Of a stretch of DNA of 40,297 nt, positions 23,054-34,658 are shown piece after piece. A program made the position numbers and the translations under genes. Position 1 is the stretch's first letter, and each line of letters begins with the position of its first letter. This stretch comes from Azolla caroliniana (lineage: Eukaryota; Plantae; Polypodiophyta), in contig JBHGNT010000278.1 in the NCBI GenBank assembly GCA_043228905.1, positions 1 to 40,297 of the forward strand, in the 5' to 3' direction. The notes beneath the pieces were generated by a model. That model made no database searches. It had not been told where the DNA came from and saw only the letters and a program-made list of their open reading frames with translations.

Positions 23054-24352
23054 ATGGATGATGGAAGTATTGACGCCTTGCGAGAGGTCCTGCAGGACAT
23101 GTCCAACACTGTCGACCTCCTTTCATCAGGTTCCAAGAGTGGAGATGCTCTCATCCTCTTCCTGGAAGATGTCCTCCGAACCATAGAAGCTTGGGCCGCT
23201 AAATACAACGTAGGCCTTGAAGACACGGATATGGCGATGGAGTGTCCGAAGCCGTTTGTTCAGGATGCTGAAGGGGGAAGAAATGCTATGGCTTTTCAGG
23301 TGCCTGAAGTTGCCAGAAACAGTGGAGGTTACCAGGATGAAAGGACAAGAGACTTTGTGGATTATCAGGATTCTGAAAAAGTAAGAAACGATTTGGCTGA
23401 ACACGACTCTGCAAAGTCAAGAAATGCAACTAATTTTGAAACAGGGACTTCTCCGCAGTATTCAAAACTTTATCTGGATACTGAGGCAGCGAGAAACAGT
23501 ACTGTACCATTTCAGGCTTCTGAAGAAGCAAGAAACGCAATGGAGTATCCAAACACTTATCAGCATTCTCATGAAACAAGAGAAATTATGCAATATTCAA
23601 AAGCTTATCAGGATTCTGAAGCTAGAAATGGCACGGATTACCCTGAAAATGAAACAAGAAATCCAAATAGTCATGCGGATCTTCATCCTATTCCTAGCAG
23701 CTATGGAAACACTTTTTCCATGCTTAAGAATGATCATCATTCTAATATTACTTCTCGTGCTAGCTTAGCTGTTGATGCTTGCCAAACGATAGATCAGCTG
23801 GAATTGGCTCTTGATCTGGACCAAGATGTGCATGTGAATGTTAATGAATTGATGGATTTAGCTGATCAGAGAATAATGCACTCCAATGATGGAAATGAAA
23901 GTGAAGGAGAGAGCTTTTCATGGGAAGTTCATGAGCACAAAGGAGAGATTCAGTTTAGAGAGGAAAGGCAAGGTGCGTTTGGAGCAACAGAGCAAGAATT
24001 TTCTTTTCATGACAATAGAATGGATTGCATAAACCAATCATCATGTGAAATGCATGTGATCAAGGAAGATGATAGTGTGATTCAAAGGCAATCTCATTTA
24101 ACGTCCAGTGTTGACTCAAGTAATCCTTGTGTGGAGAACATGATTTTCAAATGTGATAAAGATCATCTGGATTTTTCTTCACCTAGTCACATGCCAAAGA
24201 ACCGTAAACTAGATATGGCATCTCATTACAATGTAAGGGCACAACCAAAGGCTTACGAAGGAAGAAGAGATGCAATGAATTCATCGGATTGGCTAGATAA
24301 AAGTAATGATAATGAAACCCATCATAATGTTATGGATTCTAATTTAAGGTGA
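23054..24352 (+). CDS. Uncharacterised acidic protein with internal ~12-aa repeats; single exon or large first coding exon
   Basis: Uninterrupted 432-codon ORF in AT-rich DNA with a gene-like leader. A consensus donor AAG|GTGAGT at 24348/24349 overlaps the stop codon. No TE motifs recognised. Confidence 0.8.
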   Translation: MDDGSIDALREVLQDMSNTVDLLSSGSKSGDALILFLEDVLRTIEAWAAKYNVGLEDTDMAMECPKPFVQDAEGGRNAMAFQVPEVARNSGGYQDERTRDFVDYQDSEKVRNDLAEHDSAKSRNATNFETGTSPQYSKLYLDTEAARNSTVPFQASEEARNAMEYPNTYQHSHETREIMQYSKAYQDSEARNGTDYPENETRNPNSHADLHPIPSSYGNTFSMLKNDHHSNITSRASLAVDACQTIDQLELALDLDQDVHVNVNELMDLADQRIMHSNDGNESEGESFSWEVHEHKGEIQFREERQGAFGATEQEFSFHDNRMDCINQSSCEMHVIKEDDSVIQRQSHLTSSVDSSNPCVENMIFKCDKDHLDFSSPSHMPKNRKLDMASHYNVRAQPKAYEGRRDAMNSSDWLDKSNDNETHHNVMDSNLR

Positions 24353-24420
24353 GTTTTTGAGCTTTATGGAATGATCAATAAATATATTTCAGAGCTTTTA
24401 TCTACAAACGATTCATTTCT

Positions 24421-24663
24421 GTTGCCTCACAGATGAAATCAGATATACTTCCTTTCAAGCCACTCAATCAAAAATTTGGACAATTCAAATTTTAAATCAA
24501 GGTTAGTTCTACATTAGGACGTACTGGTAATAGGTTGCCTCACAGATGAAATCAGATATACTTTCTTTCAAGCCACTCAAACAAATATTCACTCAATCAA
24601 AAATTTGGACAATTCAAATTCTAAAATCAAGGTTAGTTCTACATAAGCACGTACTGTTAGTAG
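24421..24663. repeat. Tandem duplication, about 113-bp unit x2
   Basis: gttgcctcacagatgaaatcagatatac... starts at 24421 and 24534; the second copy has a small internal duplication. Confidence 0.9.
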
Positions 24664-25817
24664 GTCACCTGTGATAGGTAAGGTAATGTTTCAACATCCT
24701 AGTTCAGGGGTAATCTAGTTTTTTGGATGTGAAATTTAGTCTTGTGTGTCCAAAATCTCAACATTACTCTTTTCATCAATTTCTCCTCTTGAAGTTCTAC
24801 AGCCGAGTTCGTTGATTGTATATCACAACATTTCAGTGCTACTAGCTTAGTTTTATCAGGGGAAAAATCATTTGTTGCTGAGTAACAATGGATGAGTGCA
24901 AGATGAAAAGGCTAGGTGTATTTTGAAAAGTTGTGATCAAAAGAGTCCGTTGTCGCTATGAGAAATAGGATATGTAATCATGTCCTCTTCAGAGAGCATG
25001 TCTATCGCACTTGTCTTATATCAATTTTGAATATTTACTCTAAATAATCAAAGAAATATTGGAATATGCCTCAAAACACACTACATGAGAGGTCAATAGA
25101 TATGTAGAGTGTGAGGAAAGTTCATCAAACCTTTCAATGTGCTATCCTAACCTCCAAGGAATTTCCACACAAGATGTCCCAACTCCGGCTTGAAAAACAC
25201 TCATTCTAAATGTCTGAAAACCTTGCAAATGCCAGAAGAATAGATATTGTGGATTGACTACATGAGTAACTAATCATGTCTTTGACTATTCTTGTGAGAG
25301 AACCTGGATAGGACCATTGCGACTTGGTATGGTCTATTTGAGCACCTATCAAGCTCAGCCCTCCTAGGATGACCAGGCTGGTTAGGATAGCCCTTCGGTT
25401 GTGTCAAGGAGTGAGTGCTGTGTGAAGAGAGTTGATGCATTGTGAACATTTTTCCAGCCTGCATAAAAAGGAAAGACACATTGTTGTGAAATATATATAT
25501 CCATAAGTTAATTTCTGTATCATTTTATGATGAAAACATTAAATAATATATACTTGGGCCTCAAAAACGATTCTCTGATTGTTTGGGATACATTCCTGTC
25601 TTTTGACAAGATCAGTAATTCATAATCATATGAGATAGCTGAGTATCATCCCCCCAAGGTTAACGCAGGGAATAAAAATAGAAATGTGCGACTCAAGCAT
25701 CTTCATCACTATGGTTTTTTGGTGGGGTCAGTGTTATGTGTGAGGGAGGACAAGAAGATTTTAATATCATAGGAGCTATCATTCAATGATCCTCTTTCCA
25801 AGTTGCAAGTATGTAGT

Positions 25818-26505
25818 AATTGCTAACTTGTAAAAAGTTGAGCTCAATTTCATTTGTGTTATGTATTACATGAATCTTGCAACCTGATTTCGTTCCACCT
25901 TGCCAACTTTACAAGGTGAATATACATGATGATGACTTCAAGTTTGTTGCTGGGTGTCATTGATTGGAATGTTGTAATGACAATGTTAATGGGCCCAAAA
26001 AGTATGGCAATAATTTGTTGCACAGGTTTTACTACTAAAGCCAATGAAGTTTCTTTTCCAAAACCAAAAAGGGGGTCTAGCACGTAATATGGGATAATTG
26101 ACACTCCTCTATATCCCTTCGCCTTTATTTGTCCCTGAATCGGAATAACAGGCGGCAATCTTGATGAATCACTGGCAAGAAGATACTTTGCACTTTTCTT
26201 TCCACTTTAAAGCAGCAATCTTTAACACCTGTTCATCCTTAAGTAAAGTTGCTAAACTCGTAAAAAGTTGAACTCAAATAGATTTGTGTCATGTAGTACA
26301 TGAATCTTGCAACCTGATTTTGTTCCACTGTGCCAACTTTATGTCCATTATAGTTTCTCCACTTTTACAAGATGAATACATGTTGATGACTTCAAGTTTC
26401 TTGGTAGGTGTCATTGAATTGAAAAATCTTCAATGACAATGTTGAATGGACCCAATAAGTATGGCAGGAATGTTTTATAACACCTGTTCATCCATAAGTG
26501 AAGTA
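25818..26505. repeat. Older local duplication (about 190-230 bp, diverged)
   Basis: gtaaaaagttga.ctcaa...acatgaatcttgcaacctgattt...gatgacttcaagttt...aagtatggca at about 25820-26010 and 26249-26468; taacacctgttcatcc also occurs twice. Confidence 0.85.
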
Positions 26506-27751
26506 GCATTGCCTTATCTAGAAACCCCAACTACATTTCTTAAGACTACTTGCGTTATGAGGTTTTTTAAGAAGTTAGATCCCTGAAAAATCAAGCTGAA
26601 GAGAAATCAAGAAATTCAATTTGCTCTTCTGCTCCCAACAGATTAAAATCTTTAATACCGTAGATTGAACATTAGCACTTCTTTTAAATTACTGTATACA
26701 TGGTTTTTTCCCAAGTTTAATGTCTTATTGTATAGAGAATTGATCATTGGTTTTCATTTGTTAACAACTCATAAAGAACATACAAATTATGAATTCCATC
26801 TGAGTTTCTAAAAAGTTTCAGATATTATGACAGGCTGGTGATATTATTCTCTCATGTTCGTGGCTTTATAAATGGCATTTATGGGGAGCAAAGTAAAATT
26901 ACCTGATTACGGAACTCAAAGGTGCTGAACTGAATTAAAATCAAACTATCACTGGTCATATTATGTTAGAAGGGCACTGTTTTCAGTTGCATGAGTTATT
27001 CTTTTGACACTGTTCAATTTTCAGTTTGTGCGTTTTGTTTTCCATTAGTGGAAACAAATTATGTTTGTTGCTGGGAACTCTTTTAGCAACAGAATATTGA
27101 CTTTTTGGGTTTGACAAAAGTGTTGTTTGGGAAGCATTGAACAAGAACTCCAGGTTGAAGCCCAAAAAGTATTACAGGTACAGCATTTTCAGCTTGACGG
27201 CTGGTAATTATTTGCACTTCCCTAAATCTTTATTTTTTAAAGAGGCTATTATCAGGCCTTACACATTTGAAAATGGCACCAATAAATGAAGCAGTTTTAC
27301 ACAAGGCATGGGTCAGGCACACAATGAATTGTGCTTGTCATCATGAAACTCTATTATTGAATTTGATTTAAATTTCTTAGATGGCAATTTCTCCATGTAA
27401 ATAAAATTGGAACTGATTGAGGAATTTTCCGTAGTTCACTTTTATTCTTACCTCTACCATGGATTTTTTGGGGTTGGATTGTGCAATCTCCATGTGAAAT
27501 TTTTGTAGGTTGATTTTGATAGAAGTTTGTTTTACTGTGATTTAGCTTTTAGGATCTCTCTTGTGATGTGTATTACTTCGTTTAATGCATTTACACATAG
27601 CAGAGTTATGTTCATTTTTTGTGGGTTTCACATAACATTGATCCTTACCGCAAATGGTATAAATTAAGATCAAACTGCAAGTGGTCCACGGCGGCCACCA
27701 TTGCTTCTGTAAGCTTGCCCCCTCTCATCTTGAAACTCACTTGCCGCCCTT

Positions 27752-28451
27752 TCATGTCAGGTTCACCTAAGATGTTGTGGATCAAGGGGTTTAAGAATGA
27801 GTGACAGCTGAGGTTTGCAGTGACCGATCCGGCCTGGTTACCAGAGTCCGTTTATTGAGCACACAAGCTTGCAAAATAGTATCTGATCTGGCTTCGTCAC
27901 TGAATTCTGAAAGATGAGTACACGGGCATCTTAGATGCGAGTCAGTAAGCGTAGAATAAAGGAGAGAAGGATGACACCTTTTCATACACAAGAGGTAGAG
28001 AGTCGATTGTTCACACGAAATGAATAGACCAGTACAAAGAACACCCACACCCCAAATACAACAATGCCAAGTAATTGATTAAAGACAGACAAAATACAAA
28101 GAGATGGCTAAAGGCCAGAAAACAAAGCTCGGAGCTCAACAAACATGCTTTGGTGAGCCTCTATTCGGGAGCAAACGGGCTACTTACGTGAGCAAAGGCC
28201 TCACACGAACTAACCGAATAGCCAGAACGGAAAACCTAGAGAACATGACAACATGACTTCACAAATAGACAACACCTTTCCCTTCCAAAACAATTGATCC
28301 CTAAATAGTTTTCCTCTCCTCCTTTTATAGCTCAAGGAGGATTGGTTACATCAGTAGTTCTCACAACCATTTTTCTTATAGATTTACTTAAATCCCTCCC
28401 ATCTCGTCCTATTATTCCTCCCCTCTTTTCAAGGGCTCATAAGTGCTAACA
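27752..28451 (-). mobile_element. LTR (27773-28451) followed by a decayed tRNA-Trp PBS
   Basis: Minus strand TGTTAGC...CCACAACA; TATA-like CTATAAAAGG near 28320-28330; PBS-like AGGTGAACCTGACATGA 27752-27768 versus the plant tRNA-Trp complement TGGTGAACCCGACGTGA. Confidence 0.65.
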
Positions 28452-28885
28452 AAGCTATCTTCTCTTGTGGCACTTGATACCATATATGGCTTGAACCACC
28501 TTGCGAATTTTTGCGTCAATCAGTGTTGGTTGTCAAGGCTACTATCATGGACCAACACCCAATCACCTTCTTCAATCTTCCTCGATCTAAGTCGGTGCAT
28601 CCGATTGAACCGTCCCTTGTTCTTCATTCATGCCTCCTTCACCCTCTCCCTTGCTCGCTCCACGCCCTCCAATAGCCTCTTGAGTTGTCGAATTCGTGCA
28701 GCCAATAGCTCCTCCCGATTCTTCTCGTTCGCCCAGTCTATTGCCATCCACAAGGTGATAGTCCTTTCTACCGGCATGATTGGCTTTTGTCCGAACATGA
28801 GCTCGGCCAGCATGTACCCCATTATCAAACTATGTGTAGTTCAGTCGGCCCACAACGCATACGACAAGAGTCCACACCTCCATGT
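28452..28885 (-). pseudogene. Ty3/Gypsy integrase C-terminal fragment
   Basis: AELMFGQKPIMPVE...REELLAARIRQL...IEEGDWVLVHDSSLDNQ...KFARWFKPY (GPY/F-like module); stops present. Confidence 0.8.
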
Positions 28886-28887
28886 AT

Positions 28888-29043
28888 AATAAGGAGAGAA
28901 CACCCTTATACAGAGTCCAACTATTATAATAAGTACTTAACATTCTTCAATAGCTCCACACCTCCATTTACAATGTGTTAGGTCACTACAAAGTCTAGCT
29001 AGAATAAGGAGAGAACACCCTTATATAGAGTCCAACAATTATA
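28888..29043. repeat. 41-bp direct repeat pair
   Basis: aataaggagagaacacccttata.agagtccaac.attata at 28888 and 29003. Confidence 0.85.
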
Positions 29044-29896
29044 GTTTATATGAGCTAGAGTGCTATGGTCCTTTGCCAAATGTGTGTGTGTTGACATTTA
29101 ATAAAATAAATTGGGCCGGGTTTGTAGTTTCCCATCATGTTAAGGCATTATCAATGTGGTATTGGTGATGTCGAGTTTCTAGCCCCTTGCCATGTTATCT
29201 ACAAGGGCGATGAGGCAACCATTTGCCACATTGCAACAAAGGTAGTAACGACTAGTCAAAAACAAGGTCTCCTTCCATAGTGATTGTTGTGTACTTGGCC
29301 AAAGCCAACATTGGGTGTAACGATATACATATACATACACACACACACCACATTGTTGGTGATGATGCATGTCACAAACACCCTCATCCATGTTGATATC
29401 GAGATAGAAACACTACATTAACAGACACGTGGATATACAAATATCCACACAAACTACAATATTTACATAGGGTGAACATCATATGCATGTAATGGAAAGG
29501 AAGAAAAAAACAAATACATAACAAGAGAGAAGGGAAGAATATTGAAAAAAACAAAAGAATAGAGAAACGAAGATATCAACGCTCTCAAGTTGCTTGCCCC
29601 TTGATAAAAAAAGATGCACTCCATTAACTGCTCCCGAGCTAGGAATAAACAAAAAAGGAACAAGCAAACACAAGAAAAGAATAACCATGCTTGAATAGCA
29701 ACTAAATAAAGCTTAGTTAACGTTTAAGCAAACCACCCAACCAACCCTTAGCGAAGGTGACAGATAGATATGAGTCCCTCGTTAGCATTCCATTCCACCG
29801 AGTTCATACATGCATCGTATATTGGCTTTGATAGAGGAAGAATGTGTGTCTAAAGCTAGATCTTTGCCAAATTGTCTTGAAAGTAAGTATGAAATA

Positions 29897-30320
29897 TGCT
29901 AAGAATTAGGTAATTAAGTACGGGATAATTAGTACCTAATTATGTAATTAAGCTAAGCAGAAGATTAAGTGATATGTGTGTGTATGTGTGTGAGAGGAAG
30001 ATACACTTATGAACAACGACAAGATGGGGGATGAGTAACTATATTAAATTAGCATCATCATCATCATCAAAAATACCCTCAATGAGGTATATATACATCT
30101 CATGTGCAAAGGTGCACATGTGTGAGTAGAATATAGGTACAACCGTGTAAGTCCTATATTAAATGACCTTGGGAGTGGAGGATCTAGAATATCCTACTTA
30201 AGTACAAAGATCCTATTTAAGGCATTATAGTCAACACTTCTAACTAGATTCTATCTAGGTAACTACGAAGTTACATGGTTGACCAACTAACAAAACTAAG
30301 TTGAGCTTGATCTCTCAACA
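29897..30320 (-). repeat. 3' LTR of Copia element 2
   Basis: Direct repeat of 32685-33106, adjacent to the PPT. Confidence 0.95.
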
Positions 30321-32516
30321 CGCCCCCTCAAGCTCATATGTGAGGTGTCTGACATCTGCTTTGGCTTTCGTCGACTTTGTGTGCTTCTGTCCGGCCTTCG
30401 GCTTTCTTTGGCCTTTCTGAGGCAATCTCAGTTCCTCCCCCTCAAGCCGGTGATGAAGGCTTGTAGAGTGTGGGTGAAGACCGACTACTTCCACCCATCG
30501 TGGGTTATGAGCCACTTCTATAGGGCTCTCGGGGCTTCCTTCCGACAAGGAGCTCGTATGGAGTTAGTTCATGCACTCCATTGGTGGTGCATCGATTCAT
30601 GAGATAGATGGCCCAATAGAAGTTCGACATGTGCTCTTCATGTAACATGGCCCGTACTACCTCGAGTATTTGCCGATTCTTCCTTTCAGCGACACCATTT
30701 TGTTGGGGTGTGTGTCGGCATGAGAATTCTCTTCGAATGCCTTCACTTTGGAGGTAGGAGGTGAATTAGTCGAAGAAGAAATCCTTTCCTCCATCTGATC
30801 GTAGGCATCAAATGTGCTAACTGATTTCTTTTTCGACTTGCCATTTGAGCTTTTGGAAGTGGGAGAACACTTCACTCTTCTTCTTCATCAGAAAGATCCA
30901 CATGTAGCGAGAGTAGTCGTCGATGAAGGTGACGTAGTATCGGCATCTGTCGATCGTCGGTGTTTGAGACGATCCCCATACATCCGAGTGTATGATGTCA
31001 AGGAGGCCTTTGCTTGCATAGCTCTCCTTCAGGAATGAGAGTCAATGTTGTTTGCCGAGTTGACACGCTTCACATATTCGGTCGACTCAAATGTTGGATG
31101 TCCGATGACGACTCCCTTTGTTTGCATAGCTCGCAACCGTTGGAGGTTTATGTGGCCGATTCTCTTGTGTTACAACTCGATGCTTGTCTCGGTTTTGAGA
31201 CCTTTAACATACATGGCCGATTTCACCTCGTTTGAATCGAGGATGAACATGCGACCGTCTCTCCGTCCCTTGGCTATGAGTCGGCCATCTTTCTCGATGA
31301 AACAACCTTCGTTGTTGAAGCGGACTTGCATGCCTTGCTCCATGATTTGGCCAACTGAGACCAAATTCTTCGTTATTGTGGGCACGTGCAAAACATTCTA
31401 GATGCAAGTTTGCTCGCCTTCTTTCCCGAATGGGACATTGTCGATGTGTCGAATGGGATGTGTGGTGTCGTCTCCTGTCTCTATGAAGCCGGGTCGGTTC
31501 GGCGTTCTTATGTCACGAATCCATTCTTGGTGTGACGTCATATGATGCGAAGCGCCGGAGTTGACGAACCACACGTCTTCCGAGTTGGAGGTGCTTGTGG
31601 AGTTGGGGACCGACATACATTTCACTTTATGTCTCATCATGAATAGACCATCATAGTCATCATATTCAGAGTTGTTGGCATAGTTTGTGAGTTGTCGGAT
31701 TGTCGAAGCCGACTCGCTTCTCTTTTTCTGACACTCCTCTTCGCGGTGGCCGATTTTGCCGCAATAGTTGCAAGCAATGGGCCACTTTTGCCGATCTTTT
31801 TTGCCATGGAAGCTCCCCCTTCTTCCGAAGGTTCCTTGATGCCTTCCGTCTTGTTGTCAAAGGTTTGGGTCGAATCGACCTCGTCCTTGGCCACCATCTG
31901 AATTTGAGAAGAACATTTGTCCTTCTGATGTCTTGGTTTTGGTTTGGACGTGGTTCTCTTCAACCATTAGCATTGATTGAAGGTCAAAGAACGAAGGAGG
32001 GTTTTCCCTCCCCAAGATTGTCGTCATCAACGAGTTGAATCGTTGTGCAAGGCCACCCAAGCATACTTGAACCATCTCGTCTTTGTCAACATTTATTTTG
32101 ATGGAGCCAAGCGAGTTGCAAATGCTCTTGATCTTGGCAGTGAAATCTGACATGGACATGTCTTTTTGCCGAATGTTGCTCAACTCTTGTTGGAGTTGAA
32201 GCTTTCGGGCAGTCGTGTTGGCGGCAAACATTTTCTTTAAGTTCTCCCACGCCTCTTTGGGCGGCTTGGCGTCTCAAATGTGGCTAAGCATGTGGTCGAA
32301 TACACATATTGCCAAGAAATACATGACTCGACTTGCCGCTTGCTCCCATGTTGAGTAGTCGGCGTTCTTTGGGTTGGGCCGATTTTCTTGAGTGTCGTTG
32401 ATGTAGCTCCAATACCCTTGGCTGACGAGGTATTGGGTCATCTTGTACTCCCAAGATGAATAATTGCTTCGGTCTAGCTTTTCACTAGGGAGTGAGCTAC
32501 CCATTTGTGTGTTCAT
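30321..32516 (-). pseudogene. Copia gag-protease-partial integrase pseudogene
   Basis: ORF pieces 32274-32516, 31857-32231, 31398-31640 and 31170-31391; integrase N-terminal part at about 30760-31040; terminal ELEGAC abuts the LTR. Confidence 0.9.
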
Positions 32517-32684
32517 TTTGATGTAGTGTCTTCCTTTTTCGCTTTTCTTCCATCGATCAAGTACTCGTGCTACGTAGCGGCACTATGGTAGCGGATAGCC
32601 GAATTTTGTTGTCGGCGTCTCAAACACACAATCACAGAGTCGATTGGGCTTAGTGGATTTTCTAAACCACATGCTTTGATACCA

Positions 32685-33106
32685 TGTTAAGAATTAGGTA
32701 ATTAACTACGGGTTAATTAGCACCTAATTATGTGATTAAGTTAAGCGGAAAATTAAGTGATATGTGTGTGAGAGGAAAAGAGAGAGGAAGATACACTTAT
32801 GAACAACGACAAGATGGGGGATGAGTAATTATATTAAATTAGCATCATTATCATCAAAAATACCCTCAATGAGGTATATATACATCTCATGTGCAAAGGT
32901 GCACATGTGTGAGTAGAATATAGGTACAACCGTGTAAGTCCTATATTGAATGACCTTGGGCGTGGAGGATCTAGAATATCCTACTTAAGTACAAGGTCCT
33001 ATTTAAGGCGTTATAGTCAACACTTCTAACTAGATTCTATCTAGGTAACTACGAAGTTACATGGTTGACTAACTAACTAAACTAAGTTGAGCTTGATCTC
33101 TCAACC
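32685..33106 (-). repeat. 5' LTR of Copia element 2
   Basis: Adjacent to the PBS; terminal base mutated (TCAACC for TCAACA). Confidence 0.95.
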
Positions 33107-33477
33107 AAATAAGGTATTGATTCCCTTCAGGAAGGTAGCTAGTCTTCTTATATAAGCCCAAACCTTGGGCCTAGGCCCTTGTCTATTTCACACTTGATTT
33201 CTTTATTATTGGTGGTAAAGTAATGAAACTCTGTAAAGTTATCGCGAACCCTAGGATTGATAATAACTCAATCTTTACCCTTCATTCCTCATTATTTAGC
33301 CCACACATAAGCCTAAAGTTCTTGAACTATGATTATGGTTATGCTCATAAGTAGAGCTTTTAATATAGAGTAGTTGCCTCCCCTTCTTAGGAGAAAACAC
33401 ATACAATATGATATGTTTATTCGGTCCCATACGTCAAAATTCTTCTCCTCATCAACAGTAAAAAATCTACCCTAATG

Positions 33478-33480
<3 letters not shown>

Positions 33481-33515
<35 letters not shown>
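33481..33515. repeat. (TC)n microsatellite
   Basis: Direct reading. Confidence 0.95.
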
Positions 33516-33516
<1 letters not shown>

Positions 33517-33536
33517 GAAAAAATACATAATTATAT

Positions 33537-34658
33537 TGTGAAATGCACGCAAGAGATCAAAACCCCTAGTTAGCTTCTTACTTCTTACTAAATTTATAGT
33601 TTATATAAAGGTACCCATTTGGGTTGGCTTAGCTAAAAAGGGTGTGCTAAAAGGGTGCCACAAAGGAACACATGCACACCACACTTCCCCGCTGAGAGAA
33701 ACAAGACATTGAGGAGCAGGAACATGAGTAGTGGCTTGTCGAATGAGGGGGAGCATATGTTGGAGATAGAGCTCCCAAGTGGCATTATCCATGTTGGTAG
33801 GTTTTGAATAGACATCAATGGACGATTCTGGTGGGGGGTGAGGGTTACGCCAATAGAGTGCTCGAAAGAGGATTAATCCATGTTGACACCTATACGGATG
33901 TATTGTAGGCGTGGGTGATGAAAGGCAAGATTTGATCCCAGGTTTTGTGGCATGAATCAATGTAAGCGGCAATATCCTTCTTGAGGGTCTTGTTGAGGCG
34001 TTTGGTGCAGTCATTTGTCTGAGGATGGTATGGGGACGTAAACATCTGTTGGACACTGAGTTGAGCTGCAATGGCGTCGAGGACATCCCCGCGGAACTGT
34101 CAACCCAGATAGTTGGACGGGGCTAGTGACGAAAAACAAGCTAGCAATTGACAAATAAAGATCAATCGCTCTTGTGGACTGAGAGCCACTTGGACTTGGA
34201 TGAGGTGGGGGACAGGAGAGCTATAGGCGGAAAGAGATCAATCGCTCATGTGGATTGAGGGCCACCTGGACTTATGAGCATAACCATAATCATAGTTCAA
34301 GAACTTGAGGGCTATAGGCGGATAGAGATCAATCGCTCATGTGGACTAAGGGCCACCTGGTCTTGGTTGAGGTGGGGGATAGGAGGGCTATCGTGTCAAA
34401 GGGGGATCGGGGAAACTCGTTGGACAAGAAGTTAGTGGGCAACCTAAGATGAGGGGGAAGAGGTGGATGCTTGGATGTGGGGGATTGGTACCCCGCATCT
34501 CCACCAATATGTGAAATGCACATAAGAGATCAAAACTAGCCTAGTTAGCTTCTTACTTCTTACTCAATTTATAGTTCATACAAAGGTACCCATTTGGGTT
34601 GGCTTAACTAAAAACGGTGTGCTAAAAGGGTGGCACAAAGGAACATATGCACACCACA
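33537..34658 (-). mobile_element. Miniature (TRIM-sized) Gypsy-derived LTR element, 1122 bp
   Basis: LTRs 33537-33683 and 34510-34658 (TGTG...CACA); TSD ATAT; tRNA-Ala PBS TGGTGGAGATGCGGGGTA ending at 34506; PPT AGCGGGGAAG 33684-33693. Integrase remnant FTSPYHPQTN...LNKTL...WDQILPFITHAYNTSV. Confidence 0.92.
34158..34392. repeat. Three ~76-bp tandem units in the mini LTR element leader
   Basis: agatcaatcgctc.tgtgga.t.ag.gccac.tgg.ctt occurs three times. Confidence 0.9.

Larger units (their letters stand above)
29897..33106 (-). mobile_element. Ty1/Copia LTR retrotransposon with both LTRs, internally deleted and decayed (3.2 kb)
   Basis: LTRs 32685-33106 (5') and 29897-30320 (3'); 5-bp TSD AAATA; Met PBS TGGTATCAAAGC 32673-32684; PPT TGAGGGGGCG 30321-30330. 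Gag, protease WFVNSGASHHMT and integrase start YYVTFIDDYSRY are present; RT is missing. Confidence 0.96.

Noticed and set aside
27087-27177. Candidate exon of the orphan gene ending CAG|GTACAG
   Set aside because: Both nearby acceptors give a stop in the required phase.
30345-32038. + strand ORFs within Copia 2
   Set aside because: Antisense shadows of gag-pol.
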